Assembly (NCBI RefSeq): GCF_964188315.1
Contig: NC_135667.1
Span: 23,622,001-23,686,000 of the forward strand
DNA length: 64,000 bases
Direction: 5' to 3'
Source: Podarcis muralis
Lineage: Eukaryota
Shown here: positions 25,790-37,890 of the stretch, in pieces
How positions within the stretch are numbered: the stretch's first letter is position 1
Layout of the letters: each line of letters begins with the position of its first letter
Notes under the pieces: model-generated
Databases searched by the model: none
What the model was told of the DNA's origin: nothing
What the model saw: only the letters and a program-made list of their open reading frames with translations
Position numbers and translations under genes: made by a program

Positions 25790-26350
25790 CCCAATCAAGC
25801 TTCCACAGCTCTAGCCTTTCTTTGTAGGGCAGGTGTTCCAGCCTAGCACCCAGCCCCAAATCACTTTGGTTCTCCTTTTCTCCCCCCTGTAAGTTTTTAC
25901 AATATCCTTCTTGAGATGAGGCAACCAGCACTATACATAGTGTTCCACATGTGGCCCCATCATAGATTGGTATGATATTGGCAATGTTCTTTGCCGTTCC
26001 TTTCCTAATAATTCCTAGCGTGGAATCCACCATCCTCATGGCTGCTGTACATTACACTGCCATTTCCATGGAGTTGTTTGTCACAACAGTCCCAAGATTT
26101 CTTTCCTGATCAGTCGCTGCCAGTTCAATATATGCGAAACTAAGATTGGGGGGGGGGGGGAGGTGGCTATTCTGTTTGCTTTTTGCCCCAGTGTGATCAC
26201 ACAGCACTTATACTGAACATCATTTGCCATTTATCTGGCTTTATTGTCCATTTACCCAGCTTGGAGAGATCTGTGTTTGGAGCTTTTCACGTTTGCCTTG
26301 AATTTTCACCACCTTAAATAACTTGGTATTGTTAGCAAACCTGATGACTT
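25790..26350 (-). mobile_element. CR1 LINE ORF2 fragment
   Basis: LGIIRKG...ANII...LEHLPYKERL, with frameshifts. Confidence 0.75.
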
Positions 26351-27551
26351 CACTGCTCACCTCCAGCTCCTGTTCACTTCCTAAGAAGTTTTGCAAAACT
26401 GAAATAAATAAAATCTCCTTTTATTTACATACACTCGGTATTGCCAGCACTATTCACCGTTCAATGCAAGTTGTGCCAGTACCACACACAAGTTTCTTTT
26501 TTGACATTTTTGAGGAATATGCATTACAAGCACAGTCCAGCTCTTACCAATGTTTACTGCACCGTTCCTATACTTCAAAATCACCTGCCAGAAAAGCTGT
26601 AAATACACCCTGCCCGGCACCTGCCCATTAAGTGTTATTGTGGTTAATTCTGCAGGCAGTGTCTGTTTCCTTATTACTAAACAGCTGTCAAGCATTACCA
26701 TTTCCTAAATATTTATATGCATGCCGGTGAGTGTAGAGAGACTGGCACAGAACAAAGGGCCCAGAGCTAGTTGCAGAGTGTAATTTGATACAGGTGCACT
26801 CGCCAAAACAGCATACCTGAGGCTGATAAAAAAGTCCTAGCTGAGTTTGGCACTGCCTCCCAGTAGTTCTAGGGACGTAGTTCTTCCTTTTTAAAACTCC
26901 TCGATTGTTTCTTTGTTTCATTTATTTATCATGTGTATATTGCACCATTCCTCCAGGATTATCCCATTTTTATCCTCAGAACAACCATGAGATAAAATAG
27001 AGCGTTGGCCATTGATGTATATGTTGCATTTTTAGCCCATATTTTGGGTGGCATGCATAGGACTTCCCTGCCCATCCTCATCTTCACAACAACCCTGTAG
27101 GATCCCGAATGGCCCAAGGCCATGCAAAGACCTTCATGGCAGGGTGAAGCTTTGAACTGAGGTCTCCATGGCCCAAACACAGCACTGTTCCTACAGCATA
27201 CTGGCTTTCAATAACTACTTGCTCAAGACCAATCAACAAGTACAGATTTGAACCTAGGTTTCCCTGCTCCCAAAGTTCCAACATCTGATCTACCACAAGT
27301 TTCTCTTGCTGTTTCTTCTGCTGTTTGCATGCCTCCTGTTTGGATTTATTTCTTTTTAACACTTTCTTGCTCTAAAGCCGAATATGCCTAGAGGCAGCTG
27401 GTTGCCATTACTGTATTAAATGTGTTCAACTTTATCTTTGCAAGAGTCCATCTTTAAGGGGCAGGGATGGAGGAAACTTGTTTCTGTGAGATTTGGAAGT
27501 AGATGGGGTTACACAGCATGTGTGATGGGGGACAAACAAGAAAAGCAGGTA

Positions 27552-27756
27552 CAGTGGTATCTCGAGTTACAAACGCTTCAGGTTACAAACTCCACTAACT
27601 TGGAAGTTACCTCGAGTTGAGAACTTTGCCTCAGGATGAGAACAGAAATTGTGTGCCGGTGGTGCCATTAGCGAAAGCACACCTCTAGTTAAGAACAGTT
27701 TCAGGTTAAGAACAGACCTCCAGAACGAATTAAGTTCATAACTAGAGGTACCACTG
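27552..27756. mobile_element. CAGTGGTACCTC-type MITE (TA TSD)
   Basis: TA-CAGTGGTATCTCGAGTT...ACTAGAGGTACCACTG-TA; same family as 31313, 42003 and 49436. Confidence 0.85.
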
Positions 27757-27820
27757 TAGTTGGAACTGAGGAATAGGTGAATATGCGCAAGAGATTAGAA
27801 ACAAAAGAATGCCCAGAGTA

Positions 27821-28187
27821 AGGTAAAGGTAAAGGTACCCCTGCCCGTATGGGCCAGTTGTGTCCGACTCTGGGGTTGCGTGCTCATCTCACTTAAGAGG
27901 CCGGGAGCCAGCGCTGTCCGAAGACATTTCCGGGTCACGTGGCCAGCGTGACGAAGCTGCTCTGGCGAGCCAGCAGCAGCACAGCACACGGAAACGCCAT
28001 TTACCTTCCCGCTATAAAGCGGTACCTATTTATCTACTTGCACTTAGGGGTGCTTTCGAACTGCTAGGTGGGCAGGAGCTGGGACCGAACGGCAGGAGCT
28101 CACCCCGCCGCGGGGATTCGAACCGCCGACCATACAATCGGCAAGTCCTAGGCACTGAGGTTTTACCCACAGCGCCACCCGCGTCCC
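27821..28187 (-). mobile_element. Sauria SINE, full length
   Basis: tRNA-like head GGGACGCGGGTGGCGCTGTGGG with GGTTCGAATCCC B box; (ACCTTT)n tail. Confidence 0.92.
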
Positions 28188-29587
28188 CTTCGCCACTGCG
28201 AATAGGTGAATATGCGCAAGAGATTAGAAACAAAAGAATGCCCAGAGTAGAATGGGAGTAATGGAAAAGATGAGGAACATCTGCAGGACAGCGGAGTGAG
28301 TGAGCATAATAGAGAACATTACAAAGTTAGGACTTCTTTAATTTGGCAGTCATCTGTGTTAGTTTCCCAGAAAAGGAGTAAATAATCCAGGCAGGATAAA
28401 GTGTGCAAGCTACCCAGGTGCAGCAATCTGTGTGCAGAAAAGGTGGTGCAAATACTTTTTTTGAATTTTATCCTCCTACATTGGTGAAGCATTCCTTGTT
28501 AAAAAACGAAGTTCTAAGTGTGTGCCTTGGGGCTACGCTGCCTTCACAAAACTGGCTGCTTCCAGTTGCTTCTCCCCGTGGTTTGTGAATGTGCTCTTTC
28601 ACACACAGCTGCTCCTATTGGCTCAGCAAGCTGCTTAAGCGGGTTTGTGTGGCTTGCGCCTTGCAGCTACTGCGAGCCTTTAAACCTGCACAGGCTCTTT
28701 AACTTCTTCGGTGGGTGGGGGCTGAGATGCCTTCCCACAAGCCCCTGGGGCTGAACATGAGATCGCCATAGACTTGGAAGGGTAGACTGACGCGCAGGGT
28801 CCATTTCCTGGTTTAGATGCTCGGGGAAAATCTACAGACCTTTCGGATGTTTGCTGTGATTGGGCAGAAACGTCCATCCCTCCCCACCAAACGATAGCAG
28901 CATAGACAGGAACTCTTTTCTGAACTCGTATTTCTTTTTTATATTTAAATTGTTTGTTTAGCTGTTAAACATTGAGTAGGACCGCATGCCTGCATTTAAG
29001 TTAAAGGAGCGCAAGGTTTCTGTAGGCAACTTAAGTGCTGGATTTGGGCTGGGAATCTGATGGTTGTTTGTTTGTTTCCTGGCTACAAATCAAAACCAAC
29101 CTCAGCCCCACGTTTGGCTTGCAGTATTAATAGTGGGCTGTGTTCCTTCTTGGTAACAGCCTACCATCTTGCATGAAGTAAGAACTAAGTTAGAAAGGCA
29201 CAGTATTGTGTGTTTACTGTTTTCTTTTGTTTCTGGGTGGGCATGCTGTATGCAATCATGACTATACTAAAATCTTGGATTTCTTCATCACTCCTAATAT
29301 CAAACTCAGGTAGTGTGTCCTAACAGGGTTGGAGCTAAAATGATGCCACCAAGAAGCAAAAGAGAAGTACTGATATGCTTTAGGGAACCCCAAGGTATGG
29401 GAAACTATTATTATTATTATTTAGCCCCCCCCCCCCCGAGAAACAAATACAAACAGCCCAATAAAGACTGGGTAGTAACCACAGAACGTTGAATGTCTGT
29501 TGGAAAAGAAAAACATAGCTTCTCCCCTGGGACAGTAAAAGAAAAAGATTTAACTAAAGGAACCAGGAAGTTTCAAATCTCTGTGAT

Positions 29588-29937
29588 GGTAAAGGTAAAG
29601 GCACCCCTGACTGTTAAGTCCAGTCGTGGATGAGGTTGTGCGCTCATCTCGCTCTATAGGCTGAGGGAGCCGGCGTTTGTCCGCAGACAGCTTCCGGGTC
29701 ATGTGGGCAGCATGACTAAGACACTTCTGGCGAACTGGAGCAGTGCATGGAAACACTGTTTACCTTCCCACCAGAGCGGTACCTATTTATCTACTTGCAC
29801 TTCATGCTTTCGAACTGCTAGGTTGGCAGGAGCAGGGACCGAGCAACGGGAGCTCACCCCGTCACGGGGATTCGAACCACCGACCTTCTGATTGGCAAGC
29901 CCTAGGCTCTGTGGTTTAGACCACAGCACCACCCGCG
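29588..29937 (-). mobile_element. Sauria SINE (different subfamily)
   Basis: Same head, body and ACCTTT tail, with diagnostic differences from the other copies. Confidence 0.9.
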
Positions 29938-31312
29938 TTACTAATTATTATTAGTAGTAATATTGTTATTAATAATAATTTTATTATCTCCTGAACAGAG
30001 GTGACATGATTGCTAAACCACCTGTGAGGGCATAGGGATCTTGCTCTTTTTAAAAAGTGAATGAATAAGTTATAAATTGAAGGATGAGATGGGGCCATTG
30101 CCGTGTTGCTGCAATTTCACATTTGAAATTGTGGCGAGGGGATGCATGCAGGTTAAGGATTAGACACAGTCTCTTTTGTTGGGTTTTGATCCAAATTCCA
30201 CTCTCCGCTTTAAAATAATAATAATTCTGGACTGTTACAGGTGTTTTCATATAGACAGTACTTGCCTCCTGAGAAGTACAGTCAGATTTGTTAAAAAATA
30301 AAAATCAATTCTGCAACAAGCTGTATGTGTTTAGCTCCCTCTGGTGTTTAGGTTTTAAAATGACAGGCTGTCAAGTATTTGCTGTCAAGTATTTGCTAAA
30401 TGGGAAAGAAGTCAGATGGAAAATACTGTGTTACATCAGAGACGTTTTCCAAAGTAAAGGTGCAAAACACTCTCATGGTCTCATTAGCAGTGTATTATTA
30501 TTATTATTTAAAAAAAATCTCTTGAAGCCACAGCTAGTCTTGGTCACGTAGCTCCATTGTTGCTCAGCCACTTAGCATCACTTCTTTTATCTTTGGCCCA
30601 GACTCCTTCTGTGAAATGTCACAACAAGCATGCACAGAGTGCCTTTTCATTGTGGCCAAAACTTGATCTCATGATTTCAGTGGTGCTGTTTAGGTAATTT
30701 TAGACCCTGGACTCCCAAACCCTGGACTCACTATGGAGAAGGCCTGCTTTTGGGGTGCTGCTGGATGATTTCAGCAAATTCTTATTTGATAATCTTGGTG
30801 AACTTTCTGGTCATGTGTTTTTGTGTGTGTGTGTGTGGTACTTTAGGTAACTGTCACACTTTTAATATCACTGCACCACCAATCAGAAGTTAGGTAGGCT
30901 AACATACTCAAATGAAGACCAAGGAATACAAGAAGAACATCATCATCATTTCATTGTTTATACTCCACCTATCTGGTTGGGTTGCCTCAGCCATTCTGGG
31001 CGGCTTCCAACACATATTAAAAACACAATAAAACATTAAACATGGACTGAGAATATGGACTGAGGAATCTACACACGTATAGTTTTGTGTGTAGACTTTT
31101 CTACATTTGAAAATCCTGATCTTGAAGGACTCTGTAACCCATCAAGGAACCTATGCATGTTCAGAAATTCACTTCGTTTGTGCTCCTCCTTCATCACAGA
31201 ACACAGGAGTCAGATTGGGCCAGAGACATTATTGAAAGGAGTGTTCTTTCCCATTTAAGAAGGTGTTGATTTTTTTGTACATTACTGTCAATGATTTTTT
31301 ATAAACCACATA

Positions 31313-31554
31313 CAGTGGTACCTCAGGTTACATACACTTCAGGTTACATATGCTTCAGGTTACAGACTCCGCTAACCCAGAAATAGTGCTTCAGGTTAAG
31401 AACTTTGCTTCAGGATGAGAACAGAAATCATGCTCCAGGGGCGTGGCAGCAGCAGGAGTCCCCATTAGCTAAAGCGGTGCTTCAGGTTAAGAACAGTTTC
31501 AGGTTAAGAATGGACCTCCGGAACGAATTAAGTACTTAACCTGAGGTACCACTG
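31313..31554. mobile_element. CAGTGGTACCTC-type MITE (TA TSD)
   Basis: Terminal inverted repeats flanked by TA; internal GGTTAAGAAC repeats. Confidence 0.85.
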
Positions 31555-32188
31555 TAATTAGTTTGTAATTTGGAGGTGCCCAAAAATACCTAGGAAGTGT
31601 CTTATTGAAGCTCAAGACTATTTGAGTGTGTGGTTTAGTATTGTCCATACTGATAGGTGATAGCTCTTCAGGGTGTTAAGAAGGTGGTCTGCCTTACCAG
31701 CTTCTCCCAGATTTCTTGAATGAAATATATGTATCTTTTGGAGCAAGAGGGCCCTGAAATTAGCTTACAAAATATCATTTTAGAAACAACAAACCAGTGA
31801 ATAAAACATCAATTTAATATAAGCAACGAAAACAAAAAATAAGTTACATTTACCCCATCATTGCTCTATTTATTAAGCTCAAATCATGTATCTTTCCACC
31901 ATCATTCCACCACAAAAAAGGAAAAAGTGAGGGAAGCTCTATTTTGCAAAAGATATACAATGGAAATTTAGAGCTGACTCTTCCCCATTCTTTATTATTT
32001 ATGAAGTGAACTGAATAACGCTTAGAGGACTTGGAATTCAATTTAATTAGAAGTATAATTGCTCATATATCTTCAGTTGGGAGGAAGGAAACCCTAGGAA
32101 CTGATAAGGTTCTTTACTGAGTCATCTGCAGTTCGACAGACTGCTCTTCTTCCCAGGCTGAGAGGAAAAATGTTGACAACAGGTAACA

Positions 32189-32504
32189 CAGTGGTGCCCC
32201 GCAAGACGAATGCCTCGCAAGACGAAAAACTCGCTAGACGAAAGGGTTTTCCGTTTTTTGAGTTGTTCCGCAAGACGAATTTCCCTATGGGCTTGCTTCG
32301 CAAGACGAAACGTCTTGCGAGTTCTTGCGAATTTGTTTCCTTTTTCTTAAAGCCGCTAAGCCGTTAATAGCCGCTAAGCCACTAATAGCCGCTAAGCCGC
32401 TAATAGCCGCTAAGCCGCTAATAGCCGTGCTTCGCAAGACGAAAAAACCGCAAGACGGAAGAGACTCGCGGGACGGATTAATTTCGTCTTGCGAGGCACC
32501 ACTG
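32189..32504. mobile_element. CpG-rich MITE with CAGTGGTGCC termini and an internal tandem repeat
   Basis: CAGTGGTGCCCCGCAAGACGAA ... TTCGTCTTGCGAGGCACCACTG-TA; internal AATAGCCGCTAAGCC-type repeats. Confidence 0.8.
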
Positions 32505-33075
32505 TATTTACTGGGACAGAGTGACTTTTGCAGCTGTTGTTAGAGTTGCAAAACAATGAAGCATGGGACGGAGCAAATGAGAAATTTCTGGAACAGTGGG
32601 ATATCAGCTTCACCCAAGGCAAGATGCATAACAGCAACAACCGGGGGAAGGAAAGACATAACACCTTACAAGGACAGGAAGGAACACCATGGACAGAATA
32701 ATTGCCGCACAAAGAAAGATATAGGATATAGTTTGAGTTCCTCACTTGTAGTTTCATAAATCATTTAATGTGTCAGCACAAATAGAAGTTATTAATATTG
32801 CAGTTGTTGCATGAGGGATGATTATTATGATTGGAATGTAATTGGAATTAATAAGATTTTGAATGCAGAAGTAAAGAAAACCATGAAACCATCACATCTA
32901 GCACATGGGGGGGGGGACTTTATCTAAATTATATAATTTGGTATTTGAACGATTGGTATTAATAATTGTATTCTAAATTGGTATTGTTATAATGAGGCTG
33001 TTATTGGACTGTAATTGAAAATTAATAAAACATTATTAATTAAAAACACACACAATTTAATTCCCAAAACATATA

Positions 33076-33317
33076 CAGTGGTACCTTGGTTCTCGAACGG
33101 CTTTGTTGTTGAACAAATTGGCTCCTGAATGCTGCAAACCCGGAAGTAAGTGTTCTGGTTTGCGAATGTTTTTCGGAAGTGGAATGTCCAACGCGGCTTC
33201 CGCTTGAGTGCAGGAAGCTCCTGCAGCCAATCGGAAGCTGTGGCTTGGTTTTCGAATGGTTTTGGGAGTCGAATGGACTCCCGGAATGAACTAAGTTCGA
33301 GAACCAAGGTACCACTG
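33076..33317. mobile_element. MITE with CAGTGGTACCTTGGTTCTCGAAC inverted repeats (TA TSD)
   Basis: Perfect terminal inverted repeats of about 23 bp flanked by TA; related to 813-1395. Confidence 0.85.
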
Positions 33318-33599
33318 TACAGACTGGGATAAAAATCTCCAGTTACAATGTTTGTTGGATAAGTCTTGAATCTGTCAAGTAAATTGCCCATGAGTAACTG
33401 TCAGGATCCACAAGAAATGCACATTCTTTATGGGTAATCTCACACGTTATGGTTCATCGAGGCAAGTCAAGACTTGCTTTGCTATTGGGGTTTGAGAACT
33501 TATCTGTGAGAAGTATATGCCAAATTATTCATCCATTATGCTGATGGAACTAAGGTGTGGCACGCCCTCTTCTCATCTTTCTGAACAATCTGCTTATCT

Positions 33600-34138
33600 T
33601 CAAACAATGGAATATTGATTTTTCCAGTGATCTATCTCTGCAGTTACGGGGCCCATGGACAAGACAGGATAAAGCTTGTCAGGACAGGAGGTACAGAAAG
33701 TGTGCAATTTACTTCTTGTGTGGACGTCATAAAAAGATAGGGTTCTGGAACTTTTCTCCTTATTTAGGAACATTCCTATATTTGTAAGATTTCCAGTCAC
33801 TTCTAGATGGGTCCTTGGCTTTGTCTGAGCCCAGTAATCTTTCCCACCATCAAGTCCTACGACCCAGTAGCCATTCTCAGGACACAGTTTGGCCTTCCCT
33901 TTTCTATGAACAGAGTGAGAAGCAACCCCTAAGTCCCAATTTTCTTTTCGGCCAACTTCCACTTCCCAGTATCATTTGTCTTCAGAAAAACTGTGTGCTG
34001 CCACAATGAAGGTATGGAGGGTTAACATATCACTGTAGTAAAAAAGCTTAGAAATATTTCCTGTGTCTGAAACACTTTTCCTAACTCTGGACACTTCCGG
34101 TTGTGAGGGAGCTGACTCGGGGTCGAAGACCACGTCAA
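33600..34138 (-). pseudogene. B30.2 (PRY/SPRY) exon of the butyrophilin-like gene, disabled
   Basis: Acceptor ttgcag| then DVVFDPESA...SEDK*YWEVEVGRKENWDLGVA...GYWVVGL...LSFYDV...LYPV, with an in-frame TGA at 33972-33974 just before YWEVEVG. Confidence 0.85.
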
Positions 34139-34599
34139 CTGCAAAGTAAAGAAAATGGATTTCATTAATTGGACAACGACACCACGTTCAACAAGCTGCC
34201 ATTGTACCATGTGATAAATAGAAATTTCAATTCAACATCCCTTGGCTAGGGATTTTCACTCAGAAGTAATCCGGTGGAGGTCAATGGGACATATTTCCTC
34301 ACGATCTCCAAAGTGCCTTCCAGGAAGGTGTCTGCTGACTGGAAAAAGGATGCGCCAGAGCAGAGGAAGGTGCTTTTGAGATTGTAAAAGGCTTGAGCCA
34401 AAGTTCCTCTGGGAGGCCGTTCCTGTAGGGCAGCAGTGGTGGAAGCATCAAGATGTGTATGGGAGCAAGCAAGCAAGCAAGTGGGTGGGAGGGCAAATGG
34501 TGCTGGCAAGATGGTGGCTGGGGGAAAAGAGGTGGCAGTACAGCATACCGGTGCATATCGCCTCAAAAAAAGCACTGATGACAAATAAAAGAATCATCC

Positions 34600-34830
34600 A
34601 TCTCTGAGGGCCTTCTGGCGGTTCCCTCATTGCGAGAAGTGAGGTTACAGGGAACCAGGCAGAAGGCCTTCTCGGTAGTGGCGACTGCCCTGTGGAATGT
34701 CCTCCCATCAGATATTAAGGAAATAAACAACTATCTGACTTTTAGAAGACATCTGAAAGCAGCCCTGTATAGGGAAGATTTTTATCTTTGATCTTTTCTC
34801 ACGTTTAGTGTTCTGTTGGGAGCTGGCCAT
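34600..34830 (+). mobile_element. L2 LINE 3' fragment
   Basis: Closely similar to 41285-41480. Confidence 0.75.
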
Positions 34831-35723
34831 TATTATTATTATTTATTATTTATTACTAGTACTACTTTTATGTATATTTCTCCTAATTTTTAGAATCCTA
34901 TCCACTGAATTGGAGAGAACAACCATGTGGTTTTAAACAGCTAAAGTGGTGCTTCAGTTTTAGGTTAAGAACGGACCTCTGGAACAAATTAAGTACTTAA
35001 CTCGAGGTACCACTGTAAGATTGCACCAACCTGCATCCAGCAATTCACTATTTCACTGTTTAACATAGTTGTTTGTTTGTTTTTGGAAGTCTGGACATTT
35101 TCTTCAGTGCTGCAGAGGAATCTCCTCCATTTTCATTTTTTTAAAAAACAAAACAAAAGCAAATTCACTTGCAGCTTTTGATGGCAAGTAAAAACATTTC
35201 CTAGATCTTTATTGCATCCTTTTGGGACTGGAAGGATGATTACAAAGGAAGATTTGGGTTGTGCTTTACAGGATCATCTGAATAAGCGGCACAACACAAG
35301 GTGTGCAGAACTTTATGATTCCCTCCCACCACTAAAGCCCATTGTCTTTGCTTGTGTACTGTGCTACTTATATGTACAAGTATGTCTATTGCAGAAGCGT
35401 CATCTTCCAAAGAACATGGAGGAAGCCCTGACATGAAGCTTGCTCTGTACCTGGCTCCATATTTGGCCTCAGCAGGGGAAGGGGGGGCAGCCCCCTAAAA
35501 AAAAGATTGGGAGAACTCACCGAGCCTTAGCCCCCTGGAGTTGGAGCGTTTGGTTTATTGACTATTTTATTTAGCAGACAAGTGGTTTTCCATATTTTTT
35601 GTTTTGTTTTGTTATGGTGTTCTGTTTTGTGGTATCTCCCAATGTACCTCTGCAAATACTCAATAAAGTCTAAAAAAAGAAAGAAAAAAGTATGTTGTTC
35701 TCACGTCTGAAGGAACAGGCCTC

Positions 35724-37854
35724 TCAGAACTCTGTGAATAAAGGAATGAAGAAAAGTCATTCTTAGTAAGTAGTTCTTTTCACATAACAACCAGCAATGT
35801 TGGCACAAGCTATCCAGCGAGCTGGTCCACAGCACTTCTCCACACACCACAGAGGTAATGATGATGATGATTATATATATATAGTGAATATGATGAAGGC
35901 AAGCTGTACAACTGAGGGGAATCTAGGTAGTGGCAGGTGGTGATCAAGGGAAGAACAAAATGCTCAGGCCAAGTGATCTTTAAAACTCTGTGCCAGTATC
36001 ATCATTGTGGCTTAATCAAAGCCCCTTCACTAAATGAATGCCGACTACTGAGAACCTTAACCCTCCAAACTGATACCTACTTTTTTCATGTGTTTTGCCA
36101 CAAACAAAGAGAAATGGAATATATGGCTATATTTTAATTGGATCAAATGTTTTTTTGAAAGTTGAAACATTTTATAAGGCAAACCTTTTTCTTCCTGCAA
36201 TTTTCTGTTTTCTTGTAATACTGTAGTCCTAAAAAAGAGAAGTGTATATGGTTTTCATTCTAAGCAATATCACCCGCCAATCAGGTCCCTTGAGGTGAGT
36301 GGCATAGATATGACAGGGGGATTTCTACAAATAACCAAATACCATTCAGAGTGGTATAGGCGTTATTTGTATATGTCTTTCGATGAACTGACTGGAAGAC
36401 TATAGACTCAGCTAAATTGGTAAAGAAAAAGCTATTTGTATGCATAGTATATGCAATATAACACTGTGACACCAGATGGCGATGTAGAGTCCTGTTTTTG
36501 CTAAGCTGATTTCTCATTAAAAAGTTTACAATGCACTTAACTAAAACTTGAAGCTTCTTTGATGCATCTAGATCCAGCCTGTGAGTCAAGGGGGGTGGGG
36601 CAGTGTGTGTGTATGAATTCAAATTCAAAAGTTTCCTTTTGTTGTTTGTTAATGTTGTTAATATTGTTTTGTGGATTATGAGTGCTGTCATGCTTTGTGA
36701 ATTTTAGATTATGACTTCTTTGTGGTTCTGCTGCTTAATCTGTTTTGTTAGTTATTTTGTTGCTTTGTTAGCTGTTATAGAAAGTGGTTGTTTTACTGAT
36801 GAGTTGTAAATTTTGTGTGATTTATGTTGTGATTGTGATGTTCTATTACGTTATTGTTAGTAAGCCACTTTGTGACTCATGGGAGTGAAAAGCAGCATAG
36901 AAATAGAATGAATACATGCATGAATTACATCATCTAACATTTAATTCAAAATCCAAAAGGTACGTGAAAAACAAAGGTAACTCTGTTAGCGCATCAAAAG
37001 AAACATCCACATCTACAACTGGGCAAAACTTTCATTAGGACCAGCCAAAAAGAAATGGCAACAGCTCCAGGGTTTCTTTTGTCACCTCAGCTGTGGACCA
37101 GAGCAGTAGACAAGGAAGTCCAAGTAAAGTAGTTACATGGCAGTTAAGAGATCTGAATAAGAAGATGCAGGAGATACTGGGGTGTCGGTCCTTAATAAGT
37201 AAAGACAGAACACCATGGAAACTGTGCATGGAGTGGGGCACTCAATCAGACTTAGCTTATTCTCTCACTACCACTTTGAATGTGTATATGACGAAGGCAA
37301 GCTATACAGCTGAGGGGAATCTAGGTAGTGGCAAGTGGTGATCAAGGGAAGAACAAAATGCTTAGGCCAAGTGATCTTTAAAACTCTGTGCCAGTATCAT
37401 CACTGTGGCTTAATCAAAGGTCCTTCACTAAATGAATGCCCACTACTGAGCACCTTAACCCTCCAAACTGATACCTACTTCTTTCATGTGTTTTTTCCAC
37501 AAAGAAAGAGAAATGGAATATGTGGTTATATTTTAATTGGATCAAATGGTTGTTTTAAAAAAAGAAACATTTTATAAGACATACCTTTTTCCTCCTGCAA
37601 TTTTCTGTTTTCTTTTAATCGTTCTAAAAAGAAAACTGCAAATAGTGAAAAGCATATGGTTTTCATTCTAAGCAATATGGCCTGCAATCCCCTAATAGAG
37701 AGAATGATCCAGGTCCCTTAGGGTTAGTGGCATGCCTAACAGGAGGGATTTGCCCGACAGAGAGGGTTGCTTCCCCTGCTGACAGCAATCATTAGCTGCA
37801 GACACAGGACAGGCAGACATCTAGTCTGTCTTTGAATCTCCTATACTATAAGTG

Positions 37855-37890
<36 letters not shown>

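Noticed and set aside
32325-32543. ORF with AAKPLI repeats
   Set aside because: Translation of the MITE's internal tandem repeat.
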